A stretch of DNA of 18,183 nucleotides, from assembly GCA_000388065.2 (NCBI GenBank), contig KB932208.1. One strand, given 5' to 3'. The notes under the pieces are model-generated. The model did no database searches, was not told the origin of the DNA, and worked only from the letters and a program-made list of their open reading frames with translations. Made by a program: the position numbers and the translations under genes. The stretch comes from Fonticula alba ATCC 38817 (taxonomy: Eukaryota > Protista > Nucleariida). Below are positions 10,101-17,111 of the stretch, piece after piece (position 1 is the stretch's first letter; each line of letters opens with the position of its first letter).

Positions 10101-11279
10101 CGCCACCGCCACACCCTGCCGGTGCAGGCGCGCGCCTGATGCGCACTTGCCCTTCCCCCACCACTGATCCCCTCTGCCCCCGCCTATGCATCCCCCTTCT
10201 TTTCTTTTCTTTTCCTTTTTTTCTCCCGGCCATGCCCGACATGATGGACACGCGTGCCATGGCTCGAAAATGCGCCGGCTCCCACGCGCACGCGTGCACT
10301 TGACAGCGTCTTCAACCAGATGCTCGAGCAAGGTGTCATCCGCATTTCCGAGGATGTCACCCGCCACATCACCCTTCACATCCTGACCGAGCGCCGCGCC
10401 GAGCGGCAGCTCCTGCTCCGGGGGGCGGATGCGGCGACGCTCGTCCGTCAACCGGACCTTTATCGGTCGATCACGGCCGTGGCAGATCGCGCCGGGCGGG
10501 AAATCAGCAACCTGTCGCTGCTGCTCATTCGTCGGATCCCCTCGCCGGGGCTGGTGCTGCACATTCTCCGGCAGCTGGCCAACGCCGGAGGTGGCGGTCC
10601 CACGGCCGGCTCCGGGCCGGGCTCCGATCTTGCGTATCCCCCGGGGGCCGGCATGAGTGATGTTGCCAGCCTCATTTGTGAGATTTCCGTCTCCTCGATC
10701 CTCACCCAGCTGCAGTTCATCTCCCTGCTCTATCGGCACCGGTACCAGAACCAGATCCACCACCAGGCCCAGGCCCAGGCCCACACGCAGGGCGGCCTGC
10801 TACGCACGAGCAGTGGCACCGCCCCGGGTGTCGGCGTCGGCGGCCAGGATGCCCCCTTGGGCATTCCCCGGCCGCTGTATGGCAGCGGGGCGGCCGTTGC
10901 CGCTGCGCCGGCCGCTCTGCATCAGCTCCCGCCGGAGGTGCTGAACGAGCTCCTCCTGGCTGATGATGGCCTGTCTTCGGCCGAGGCGGCCTTGGGGCAG
11001 GACTTCCAGCCGCTGGACACCAGCGACATCGAGGAGGATGACTATGCCCTGGTGGCCGGGACGCAGGCTCCCTCGCACAGCTTCGCCCCGATGGCCTACT
11101 TTTTGGTGTATCTCTTCCGTCAGGCATCGCGCCTGGCCCAGGCTCAGGCCGTGGATCCGAGTCTGCAGCCGCGCCCGTCGCTGGCCATGGCAGGGTCCCG
11201 TGGCGGCGGCACCCCAAGTGACCCGGTGGCCGATGTCCACTTCTTGGCGGCCGTCTATCGCTACGCCTTCAAGCATTGA
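4619..11279 (+). CDS. GSAP: Gamma-secretase-activating protein (GSAP/PION/pigeon) homolog, about 12 exons, interrupted by an assembly gap
   Basis: Phase-consistent exon chain: 4619-4936, 5121(or 5130)-5253, 5401-5573, 5704-5904, 6040-6277, 6416-6697, 6815-7015, 7189->7270 (gap), ~7871-8762, 8877-9262, 9390-10014, 10307-11279. Colinear matches to human GSAP (recalled): MLRLEHVFRLGHEL~MALRLVADFDLGKDV; LRLVGQERGDILLYT~LHVLNVERNGNIIYT; AIWSQWDISRQLLYYI~FVWAQWDMSEQRLYYI; NLLIIYLPG~YYVAVYLPG; SIYDCKTGTAYR~LVLDCCSGKLYR; APPEGFEDCFSLLGFYVLPRLVFNQMLEQGVIRISE~PLPPGFHTLHTILGVQCLPLHNLLHCIDSGVLLLTE. Confidence 0.85.
5121..5253 (+). CDS. GSAP: GSAP homolog exon 2 (acceptor at 5120 or 5129)
   Basis: KTFGTILFSYNIKQSRSTLMYLSWTPINIVNATQSHDESIF aligns to the GSAP stretch VVFGLYDCQTRQNELLY...; GTGCGT donor at 5254, phase 1. 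Confidence 0.7.
5401..5573 (+). CDS. GSAP: GSAP homolog exon 3
   Basis: CAG acceptor at 5398-5400, upstream GCTGAC branch-like motif, phase matches; GFVTFQQGPH...YSSDTYQRLVMIDHRRNEDDK; GT donor at 5574. Confidence 0.7.
5704..5904 (+). CDS. GSAP: GSAP homolog exon 4
   Basis: CAG acceptor at 5701-5703; contains the conserved IWSQWDISRQLLYYI; GTGCGC donor at 5905. Confidence 0.8.
6040..6277 (+). CDS. GSAP: GSAP homolog exon 5
   Basis: AAG acceptor after a poly-C tract; TMNALVLYILEFLSD...; GTACGT donor at 6278, phase 1. Confidence 0.7.
6416..6697 (+). CDS. GSAP: GSAP homolog exon 6
   Basis: CTAAC branch motif and CAG acceptor at 6413-6415; NGALALCHHGAPCEVTRQLRVSVF~TGSLCVCYSPKCASWGQITYSVF; GTACGC donor at 6698. 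Confidence 0.75.
6752..6808 (+). repeat. Intronic compound (CT)n(CA)n(CAAA)n microsatellite
   Basis: Lies inside GSAP intron 6698-6814. Confidence 0.85.
6815..7015 (+). CDS. GSAP: GSAP homolog exon 7
   Basis: TAG acceptor at 6812-6814; NLLIIYLPGIYIGMVDC; GTGCGT donor at 7016. Confidence 0.8.
7076..7120 (+). repeat. Intronic (CA)n microsatellite
   Basis: Lies inside GSAP intron 7016-7188. Confidence 0.95.
7189..7270 (+). CDS. GSAP: GSAP homolog exon 8 (truncated by the gap)
   Basis: CAG acceptor at 7186-7188, phase 1; SIYDCKTGTAYRFSLDPTTIRSLFVL; runs into N at 7271. Confidence 0.75.
7271..7684. other. Assembly gap inside the GSAP gene
   Basis: N run. Confidence 1.
7871..8762 (+). CDS. GSAP: GSAP homolog long exon (5' boundary uncertain; an extra exon may end at 7801)
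   Basis: TAG acceptor at 7868-7870 after poly-C; GAYFSFQLELL~SSYWSVYSE, followed by a Ser/Ala/Pro-rich insert; GTGCGT donor at 8763 is phase 2 and matches the next acceptor. Confidence 0.65.
8877..9262 (+). CDS. GSAP: GSAP homolog exon
   Basis: GCTAAC branch motif near 8834 and CAG acceptor at 8874-8876; SPEPFCFDRLFPPGKLL...PMRRFLQRILTSSD; GTGCGT donor at 9263. Confidence 0.65.
9390..10014 (+). CDS. GSAP: GSAP homolog exon
   Basis: Phase-1-compatible CAG acceptor at 9387-9389; YYDHIIAHHFGSCYPKLHRSIVDDWAHRYTRCLFTQL...PPEGFEDCFSLLGFYVLPR matches the GSAP C-terminal half; GTGCGT donor at 10015. Confidence 0.75.
10307..11279 (+). CDS. GSAP: GSAP homolog last exon
   Basis: CAG acceptor at 10304-10306, phase 2; VFNQMLEQGVIRISE...SFAPMAYFLVYL...VADVHFLAAVYRYAFKH then TGA at 11277-11279. 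The end resembles human EFLPLNYFIEIL...VDAEFVEEAALKH. Confidence 0.8.
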
Positions 11280-11677
11280 GAGGCCCCTGTCCGCGAGAGG
11301 CATGCCGCATAGGGATGCTGCCCTCTTGAAATACATCAGCGCCCCCCCCCCCCCTCCCGAGCAGCAGGCTGTGCGTCCGTATGCGTGTGTGTCCGAGGAG
11401 GAGAGGGGAAGCCGGAGGGGAGAAGGAAAGAGGGGAAGTCTATCTATTGGGGGAGGGTGACTTTGCCAGGACGCAAAAATAGGGCTCCATGGACTACAAC
11501 AAGGACAGGGAAGAAGAAAGGGGAGGGGAGAGGAAAGAGCAGGGGCGAAGCAGGGTGTGCTCGGGGGAATCTGAAGTATCGCCGCCATCACTCGCGAGGA
11601 AGAGGAGGAGGGAGGGGGCGGGGGCGGGGATCTGAGGGAATGGGTGGGGGGGGGGGGGGGGGGCAAAGGGCAGCACA

Positions 11678-13048
11678 TCAGTCCAATGGCGAAGGCCCGG
11701 ACTGGTGGATGGCTGATGGGTGGATGCCGAACAACCGTGCCAAATCCTGAGAAGAGCGGATATTCACCCGCACTGGGGATCGAGCGAGTGGGGCTGCAGG
11801 AAGGTCGGCCGGCGTGCCGGTCGGGGGGATGGTCGACTCATCGGCCGCCGGGGCCAGGCCACTGGGGGAAGATGGACCGCCGCCGGAAGGGGCAGGATCC
11901 AGGGCCGAAGACCGGGTGGACCGAAGAGCAGCATGCCCGCCGGCTGTGGCATTCTCACCGAGGGCTGACCCCTGGTTGGTGAGCTGGCGTGAGATCGCAG
12001 TGGGCGCAGGGCTCCCCGCTGTGGCCGTGGCCGTGGCCGTGGCCGTGGCCGTGGCCGTGGCTGCCGGCATGCCTGCCCTCGCTGTGGCATGGGGAATGGA
12101 TGACGGCAGCTTGGGGGGGATTGGTGCGGCGCTCCATGGCTGGTGTGCGCTGCCCCGGGGCTTGGGTGAGGCGCGCTTCTTTGGGCCGCTGGGTGCCGGG
12201 GTGGTGCCGACCCGCAATATCCGAGCCACGGTTCCGCAACTGACACCAACCGCCTGGGCAATCTGCCGATAGGAAATGCGCGGCCGGGTTTGCGCCCCGA
12301 GCTCGAGAATGCGACTACGCTGGGCGTCGGTCAGTGTCTTCCGGTCGCTGCGCCACTCGGGCAACTCCGCGCGGATGATGCGCGACACGCTGGTGTGGGG
12401 GACACCCAGCTGCCGGGAGATGGCGGCAATCGACAGCCGCGGCGAGGTCTGACTGGCCAGACGGACAATGGCCCCGCGGGTGCCGGCGGCGATTGGCTGC
12501 CCAGCTGGCCGGGCTTGGCGAATTGCCTCGGGCGGCAGGGCTTGCCGGAGGACACGCATCACGGTCGACTGGCTGACCCCCGTCTCGAAGGCCACCTGTC
12601 GAGTGGACAGGGCCGGCGAGCTGAGGAGCGCGTAGCGTAAAACCGTTCGCCGGATTTGGATGTTGATCGAACGGAAGGGGGTCGGCGCATGGACACGTCC
12701 CTCCATCAGGGGCGGATGCATGGGCGAATGCCGAGGCCCGGTCCCCGGCGATCCGGCCGGGGGACTGCAGACCCGAGGAGGGCCGGGTGCCGTGGGAGGG
12801 GGTGGCTCTACGAAGGCCGGACCGGCGCCAGTACCTGGCCGAGTGGGCGGCGTCCCGGCTGGCGCCGCGGCCCGGGCAGGTACCCCGCGACCGGAGGCCG
12901 GCGTGGAGAAAGTGGCTCGAGATACAGTGGCGACGGTGAAGCTGGCACATGGCAGCTCACAGCGAAAGGGGCCCAGGCCGGCCAAGGAAACTAGGCGCAG
13001 CATGCACCGGTCCAGGACAGAGGCCGACCCCAAGTCGCCATTGGAAGT
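11678..13048 (-). CDS. Multi-HTH putative DNA-binding protein (three tandem Tc1/IS630/paired-PAI-like HTH modules), main exon
   Basis: Open frame of more than 450 codons with three homologous ~42-aa units: SINIQIRRTVLRYALLSSPALSTRQVAFETGVSQSTVMRVLR, PIAAGTRGAIVRLASQTSPRLSIAAISRQLGVPHTSVSRIIR and TLTDAQRSRILELGAQTRPRISYRQIAQAVGVSCGTVARILR. A basic PKKRASPKPR follows. A minus-strand CAG acceptor lies at 13051-13049. Confidence 0.8.
   Translation of the reverse strand, partial: TSNGDLGSASVLDRCMLRLVSLAGLGPFRCELPCASFTVATVSRATFSTPASGRGVPARAAAPAGTPPTRPGTGAGPAFVEPPPPTAPGPPRVCSPPAGSPGTGPRHSPMHPPLMEGRVHAPTPFRSINIQIRRTVLRYALLSSPALSTRQVAFETGVSQSTVMRVLRQALPPEAIRQARPAGQPIAAGTRGAIVRLASQTSPRLSIAAISRQLGVPHTSVSRIIRAELPEWRSDRKTLTDAQRSRILELGAQTRPRISYRQIAQAVGVSCGTVARILRVGTTPAPSGPKKRASPKPRGSAHQPWSAAPIPPKLPSSIPHATARAGMPAATATATATATATATAGSPAPTAISRQLTNQGSALGENATAGGHAALRSTRSSALDPAPSGGGPSSPSGLAPAADESTIPPTGTPADLPAAPLARSPVRVNIRSSQDLARLFGIHPSAIHQSGPSPLD
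12021..12060 (-). repeat. Coding (GGCCAC)n hexamer repeat encoding poly(Ala-Thr)
   Basis: GTGGCC x6.7 on the + strand; translates as ATATATATATATATA in the multi-HTH ORF. Confidence 0.95.
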
Positions 13049-13067
13049 CTGCGCGGGGAGGCAGGAT

Positions 13068-13069
<2 letters not shown>

Positions 13070-13115
<46 letters not shown>

Positions 13116-13130
13116 CTTGTGTGTGTGTGT
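13070..13130 (-). repeat. (CA)n microsatellite on the - strand, in the putative HTH-gene intron
   Basis: (GT)n on the + strand. Confidence 0.95.
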
Positions 13131-13453
13131 GCTTTCTTTTTGCTTGCCGTGTATATGTGCAGGGGGGGGGGGGGTTGTGAAGAGGAGTGCCGGGCAACCG
13201 GGTGTGCGCCATGCCTGGGGATCTGAAAAGAGGGTCACCCCCGGGCCCAGGCGGAACACCCCGCCTCCCCACCGATGGGTGCCAGAACAGGATACCCCCC
13301 CCCCCCCCCCTCTCGGGGGCAAGAGCGAGGACAGCGCGCTGGGGCGATGTAGAGGCCGCCCCGAGGTGATCTCGGGAGCAAACCTTTGTTCCGGCGCCGG
13401 GCTCCAGGCGTGGGCAGCCACGATCCGCCCCCGCGCCGCAGGTAGCCACGCAC

Positions 13454-13459
13454 ATCCAT
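13454..13459 (-). CDS. Putative first coding exon end (Met-Asp) of the multi-HTH gene
   Basis: Minus strand reads ATG GAT|GTGCGT, the dominant donor in this window. Phase 0 joins the acceptor at 13049 in frame, giving MDTSNGDLGSAS. The exon may extend further upstream. Confidence 0.4.
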
Positions 13460-14111
13460 GCGCGAAGCGTGGGGAGCAGCCGTCGTGCTGATGCCGGAGA
13501 AGATGCCCCAGTTAAGACCCGGCCGAGCGGCACAGGCAGAGAGCTCTCCGCTCGCCCTGGTGATCAACTCACAGCCCCAGCCACACACTTCCGCCCCGCA
13601 CAGGAGGAGGAGGAAAGAACGGCACACAGCACGCAGCTCCACACAGGGGGATGGCCGCCTCCTGGGGCGGAGCGCGGCTCGGTCCTCCAACCACATCATT
13701 GGAGTAGCCCAGGCGCGGTGGGCAGCCGCGAGCAGAGCAGAGCAGAAGGCCGTCTCCCTGGTGCCAGGCAGCAGGGACCCCTCTCTGTCGAGGAGGGGGG
13801 GAAGGCACAATGGCGGGAGGCAAATGGCGGTGTGCCTGACACACACACACACACACACACGGAGGAAGAGGAGGAAGGGAGCATAGGCCCTGCGTTTATT
13901 GTGGACCGTGTGCCTTGCGTGGGGGGGGGGGAAGGGGGCTGCACATGTGCGTGCACACGCTGCACACAGGGTGTGATTCAGGGGGGGAGGGAGAGGGGGA
14001 AGGAGAGACGGAGATGAGGGGCGGCGTGTGCGCACACGCGGCCAGCGAGCCAGGATCTAGAGGTCGGAGACCCACAGATACTCCCTCTACGGGAGGAGGA
14101 GGATGTACGTG

Positions 14112-14178
14112 TGTGCGCGCGCGCGTGCGCGTGCGTGCGTGCGTATGTGTGTGTGTGCGTGCGTGCGTATGTCAGTGT
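14112..14178 (+). repeat. Compound (CG)/(GTGC)/(GT) microsatellite
   Basis: Directly visible. Confidence 0.8.
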
Positions 14179-14718
14179 GTCCGAGCAGGCCGCGCAGAGG
14201 AATGTCCATGGACGACACACAACAGCGAACTGACAGGCGCGACGCGGAGGAGGGGCGGGGGGACACGCGCGGTGGAGCCCTGCTCTCCCGACCCCGGGGG
14301 GGATATTGGTACAAAGAGAGCGGAGGGGGGGGGGACACGTGTGCGCGACAGCTGCTGGGGACACAGACACACCGGCGGCACCATTGGACGGACACAGGAG
14401 CGGCGAGGGGCACGGTGTAAGGGGGGGGGGATACGGTGGGCACGAGGAGGAGACCCCGCACAGTCGCAGACATGGAGAAGGAGAGGCAGGACAGGGGAGA
14501 GGGGGGAGGCAGGCGCACCGCTAGACCCATATCACGACGGGAGGGGGTGCTGCGTGAGGGCGTGGAGCCGGGCCGGTGGTGGCGGCGGCGGCGGCCACGC
14601 CGCATGCAGTGTGAGGAATGCGAGGCGCGGCATGTGGGCCGGGGGGGCACGCGCACGCGAGGCCGGCAGCCGCCGAGCGGAGGGGGGGGGGTCGGGGCTT
14701 GCCAGCAAGTACGCGCGC

Positions 14719-14964
14719 TTAGTCGAGCTTGGTGGGGAAGACACCGTTCTCGACCTGGTCGGTCCAGCGGTCGACCCACTCAATCGGGCAGAGAGAGGTG
14801 AAGGTCTTCTTGAACTGGACGCAGACGGGGAAGTCCTCGCCGCGGGCGTTGGCGCAGCGGTGGAAGTCCACGAAGTTCTGCCAGCAGTTCTTGGTCTGGT
14901 TGACGTTCGGGAAGCGGGCGTCGAACTGGGGGGTCTGGAGGACGGTCTCGGGGCGATCGGACAT
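14719..14964 (-). CDS. COX6B: Cytochrome c oxidase subunit 6B (COX12 in fungi), 81 aa
   Basis: MSDRPETVLQTPQFDARFPNVNQTKNCWQNFVDFHRCANARGEDFPVCVQFKKTFTSLCPIEWVDRWTDQVENGVFPTKLD contains the family signature FDARFPNxNQTKxCWQNxVDFHRC, the Cx9C/Cx10C cysteines and LCPxEWVxxW. ATG context is GCCACCATG. Confidence 0.97.
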   Translation of the reverse strand: MSDRPETVLQTPQFDARFPNVNQTKNCWQNFVDFHRCANARGEDFPVCVQFKKTFTSLCPIEWVDRWTDQVENGVFPTKLD

Positions 14965-14976
14965 GGTGGCGAAAGG

Positions 14977-15339
14977 CTGATGCAGAGGGAGGAGGTCAGC
15001 GGGGCAAGGGACCGCGGTTGGGGAGGGGGAAGGGGGAGAGCGAGCGCGAGGGGGAAGGAGGGAGGNNNNNNNNNNNNNNNNNNNNNNNNNNNNNNNNNNN
15101 NNNNNNNNNNNNNNNNNNNNNNNNNNNNNNNNNNNNNNNNNNNNNNNNNNNNNNNNNNNNNNNNNNNNNNNNNNNNNNNNNNNNNNNNNNNNNGGGGGGC
15201 ATGGGGGGGGGGGGGCGCGCTTCCGCGCGCAGCAGACATGCTCCGGATGTCGGTGGCCTGCGTGGCGGGGCTGCGCGCGCGCGGCCGCCATGGAGCCCGG
15301 GAGGCGGGGGAGAGGGGGGAGGGGGCGAGAAGGACATAC
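14977..15339 (-). other. Probable 5'-UTR intron of COX6B
   Basis: Minus strand shows a GCTGAC branch motif, a pyrimidine tract and CAG ending 12 nt before the ATG. A candidate GTATGT donor lies at 15339; the donor is less certain than the acceptor. Confidence 0.45.
15066..15193. other. Assembly gap
   Basis: N run. Confidence 1.
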
Positions 15340-15992
15340 AGGAAAGTGCAGGAGAGGAAAAGGGAAACCAAGGGAGCACAGTTCTGGTCCCTCGGGTGGG
15401 CCTCGCCGGAGTGGACGCCACCACAAAAAAAGGCCCGAAAGGCCGAAGTCGCCGCCGGGGGGGGGGGGGGCAGACCGAACACCGGCGGGCCCCGGGCCGC
15501 GGCGCCGCGTCAGGGGGGGACGGCCGGGGGGGGCGAAGGCGGGGGTGGCCGAGGGCCGGCGGTGTCGCAGAGACGGGCGTGTCGTATCCAGGCGCGCCGC
15601 GCTGACCCGGGCAAGCCCGCCCGAATCTGGACCTGGAGCATTGCGCGTGCGCCCTCCCCCGCGCCCGTGGAAGAGAAACGAAAACACGGCAGCCCGCCAA
15701 AATAACGCCGCCCCATCACCTCCTCTTCCCTGTCACTCGCAGGCGGGCGGGGGGGGCCTGCGCATCCCCTTGCCGGGCTTGGGCCAACCGGGGTGTCGTC
15801 CGTTGGTTGCACGGAATCGATGCCCTTCCGGAGGGATGCCTCCAGGCCGCTTCTGGCCGCAGGGCGCACCGAGCACAACGTGCTTTTGCATGCCCAAGGC
15901 CCCCCCCCCCCCCCCCCCCCTCCCGGTCCTGTCCCGTGGGCAGGAAGGAGGACCCCATCTGCCAGGCCCTGGCAGAAGGGCAGCAGCACCCT

Positions 15993-15995
<3 letters not shown>

Positions 15996-16056
<61 letters not shown>
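15996..16056 (+). repeat. Poly-G run of about 61 nt (probably artefactual)
   Basis: Directly abuts the duplicated segment that starts at 16056. Confidence 0.9.
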
Positions 16057-16057
<1 letters not shown>

Positions 16058-16150
16058 AAGGCTGATGCAGAGGGAGGAGGTCAGCGGGGCAAGGGACCGC
16101 GGTTGGGGAGGGGGAAGGGGGAGAGCGAGCGCGAGGGGGAAGGAGGGAGG
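16056..16150 (+). repeat. 95-bp direct duplicate of 14971-15065
   Basis: Identical sequence gaaaggctgatgcagagggaggaggtcagc...aaggagggagg at an offset of 1085. Confidence 0.95.
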
Positions 16151-16281
16151 GAGGGAGGGAGGGAGGGAGAAGGAAGGCGAGCAGACAAGTGCGCTGACCA
16201 TGGGGCGCAAATGCCGCGAGAGCCGTCATGAGGACGTGGTAGGGGGAGGGAGGAAGCAGGACAGCAGGGATAACGGGGGGC

Positions 16282-17111
16282 NNNNNNNNNNNNNNNNNNN
16301 NNNNNNNNNNNNNNNNNNNNNNNNNNNNNNNNNNNNNNNNNNNNNNNNNNNNNNNNNNNNNNNNNNNNNNNNNNNNNNNNNNNNNNNNNNNNNNNNNNNN
16401 NNNNNNNNNNNNNNNNNNNNNNNNNNNNNNNNNNNNNNNNNNNNNNNNNNNNNNNNNNNNNNNNNNNNNNNNNNNNNNNNNNNNNNNNNNNNNNNNNNNN
16501 NNNNNNNNNNNNNNNNNNNNNNNNNNNNNNNNNNNNNNNNNNNNNNNNNNNNNNNNNNNNNNNNNNNNNNNNNNNNNNNNNNNNNNNNNNNNNNNNNNNN
16601 NNNNNNNNNNNNNNNNNNNNNNNNNNNNNNNNNNNNNNNNNNNNNNNNNNNNNNNNNNNNNNNNNNNNNNNNNNNNNNNNNNNNNNNNNNNNNNNNNNNN
16701 NNNNNNNNNNNNNNNNNNNNNNNNNNNNNNNNNNNNNNNNNNNNNNNNNNNNNNNNNNNNNNNNNNNNNNNNNNNNNNNNNNNNNNNNNNNNNNNNNNNN
16801 NNNNNNNNNNNNNNNNNNNNNNNNNNNNNNNNNNNNNNNNNNNNNNNNNNNNNNNNNNNNNNNNNNNNNNNNNNNNNNNNNNNNNNNNNNNNNNNNNNNN
16901 NNNNNNNNNNNNNNNNNNNNNNNNNNNNNNNNNNNNNNNNNNNNNNNNNNNNNNNNNNNNNNNNNNNNNNNNNNNNNNNNNNNNNNNNNNNNNNNNNNNN
17001 NNNNNNNNNNNNNNNNNNNNNNNNNNNNNNNNNNNNNNNNNNNNNNNNNNNNNNNNNNNNNNNNNNNNNNNNNNNNNNNNNNNNNNNNNNNNNNNNNNNN
17101 NNNNNNNNNNN
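16282..17111. other. Assembly gap
   Basis: N run. Confidence 1.

Noticed and set aside
12923-12930. TACAGTGG resembling a Tc1 terminal repeat end with a TA target site
   Set aside because: It lies inside the HTH ORF and no matching inverted partner (CCACTGTA) was found.
13235-14779. ORFs between the HTH gene and COX6B
   Set aside because: They span microsatellites and G-tracts and contain no domain; this is likely UTR or promoter sequence.
16056-16281. A second COX6B copy or pseudogene
   Set aside because: Only non-coding upstream sequence is repeated, and it fits a misassembly better.
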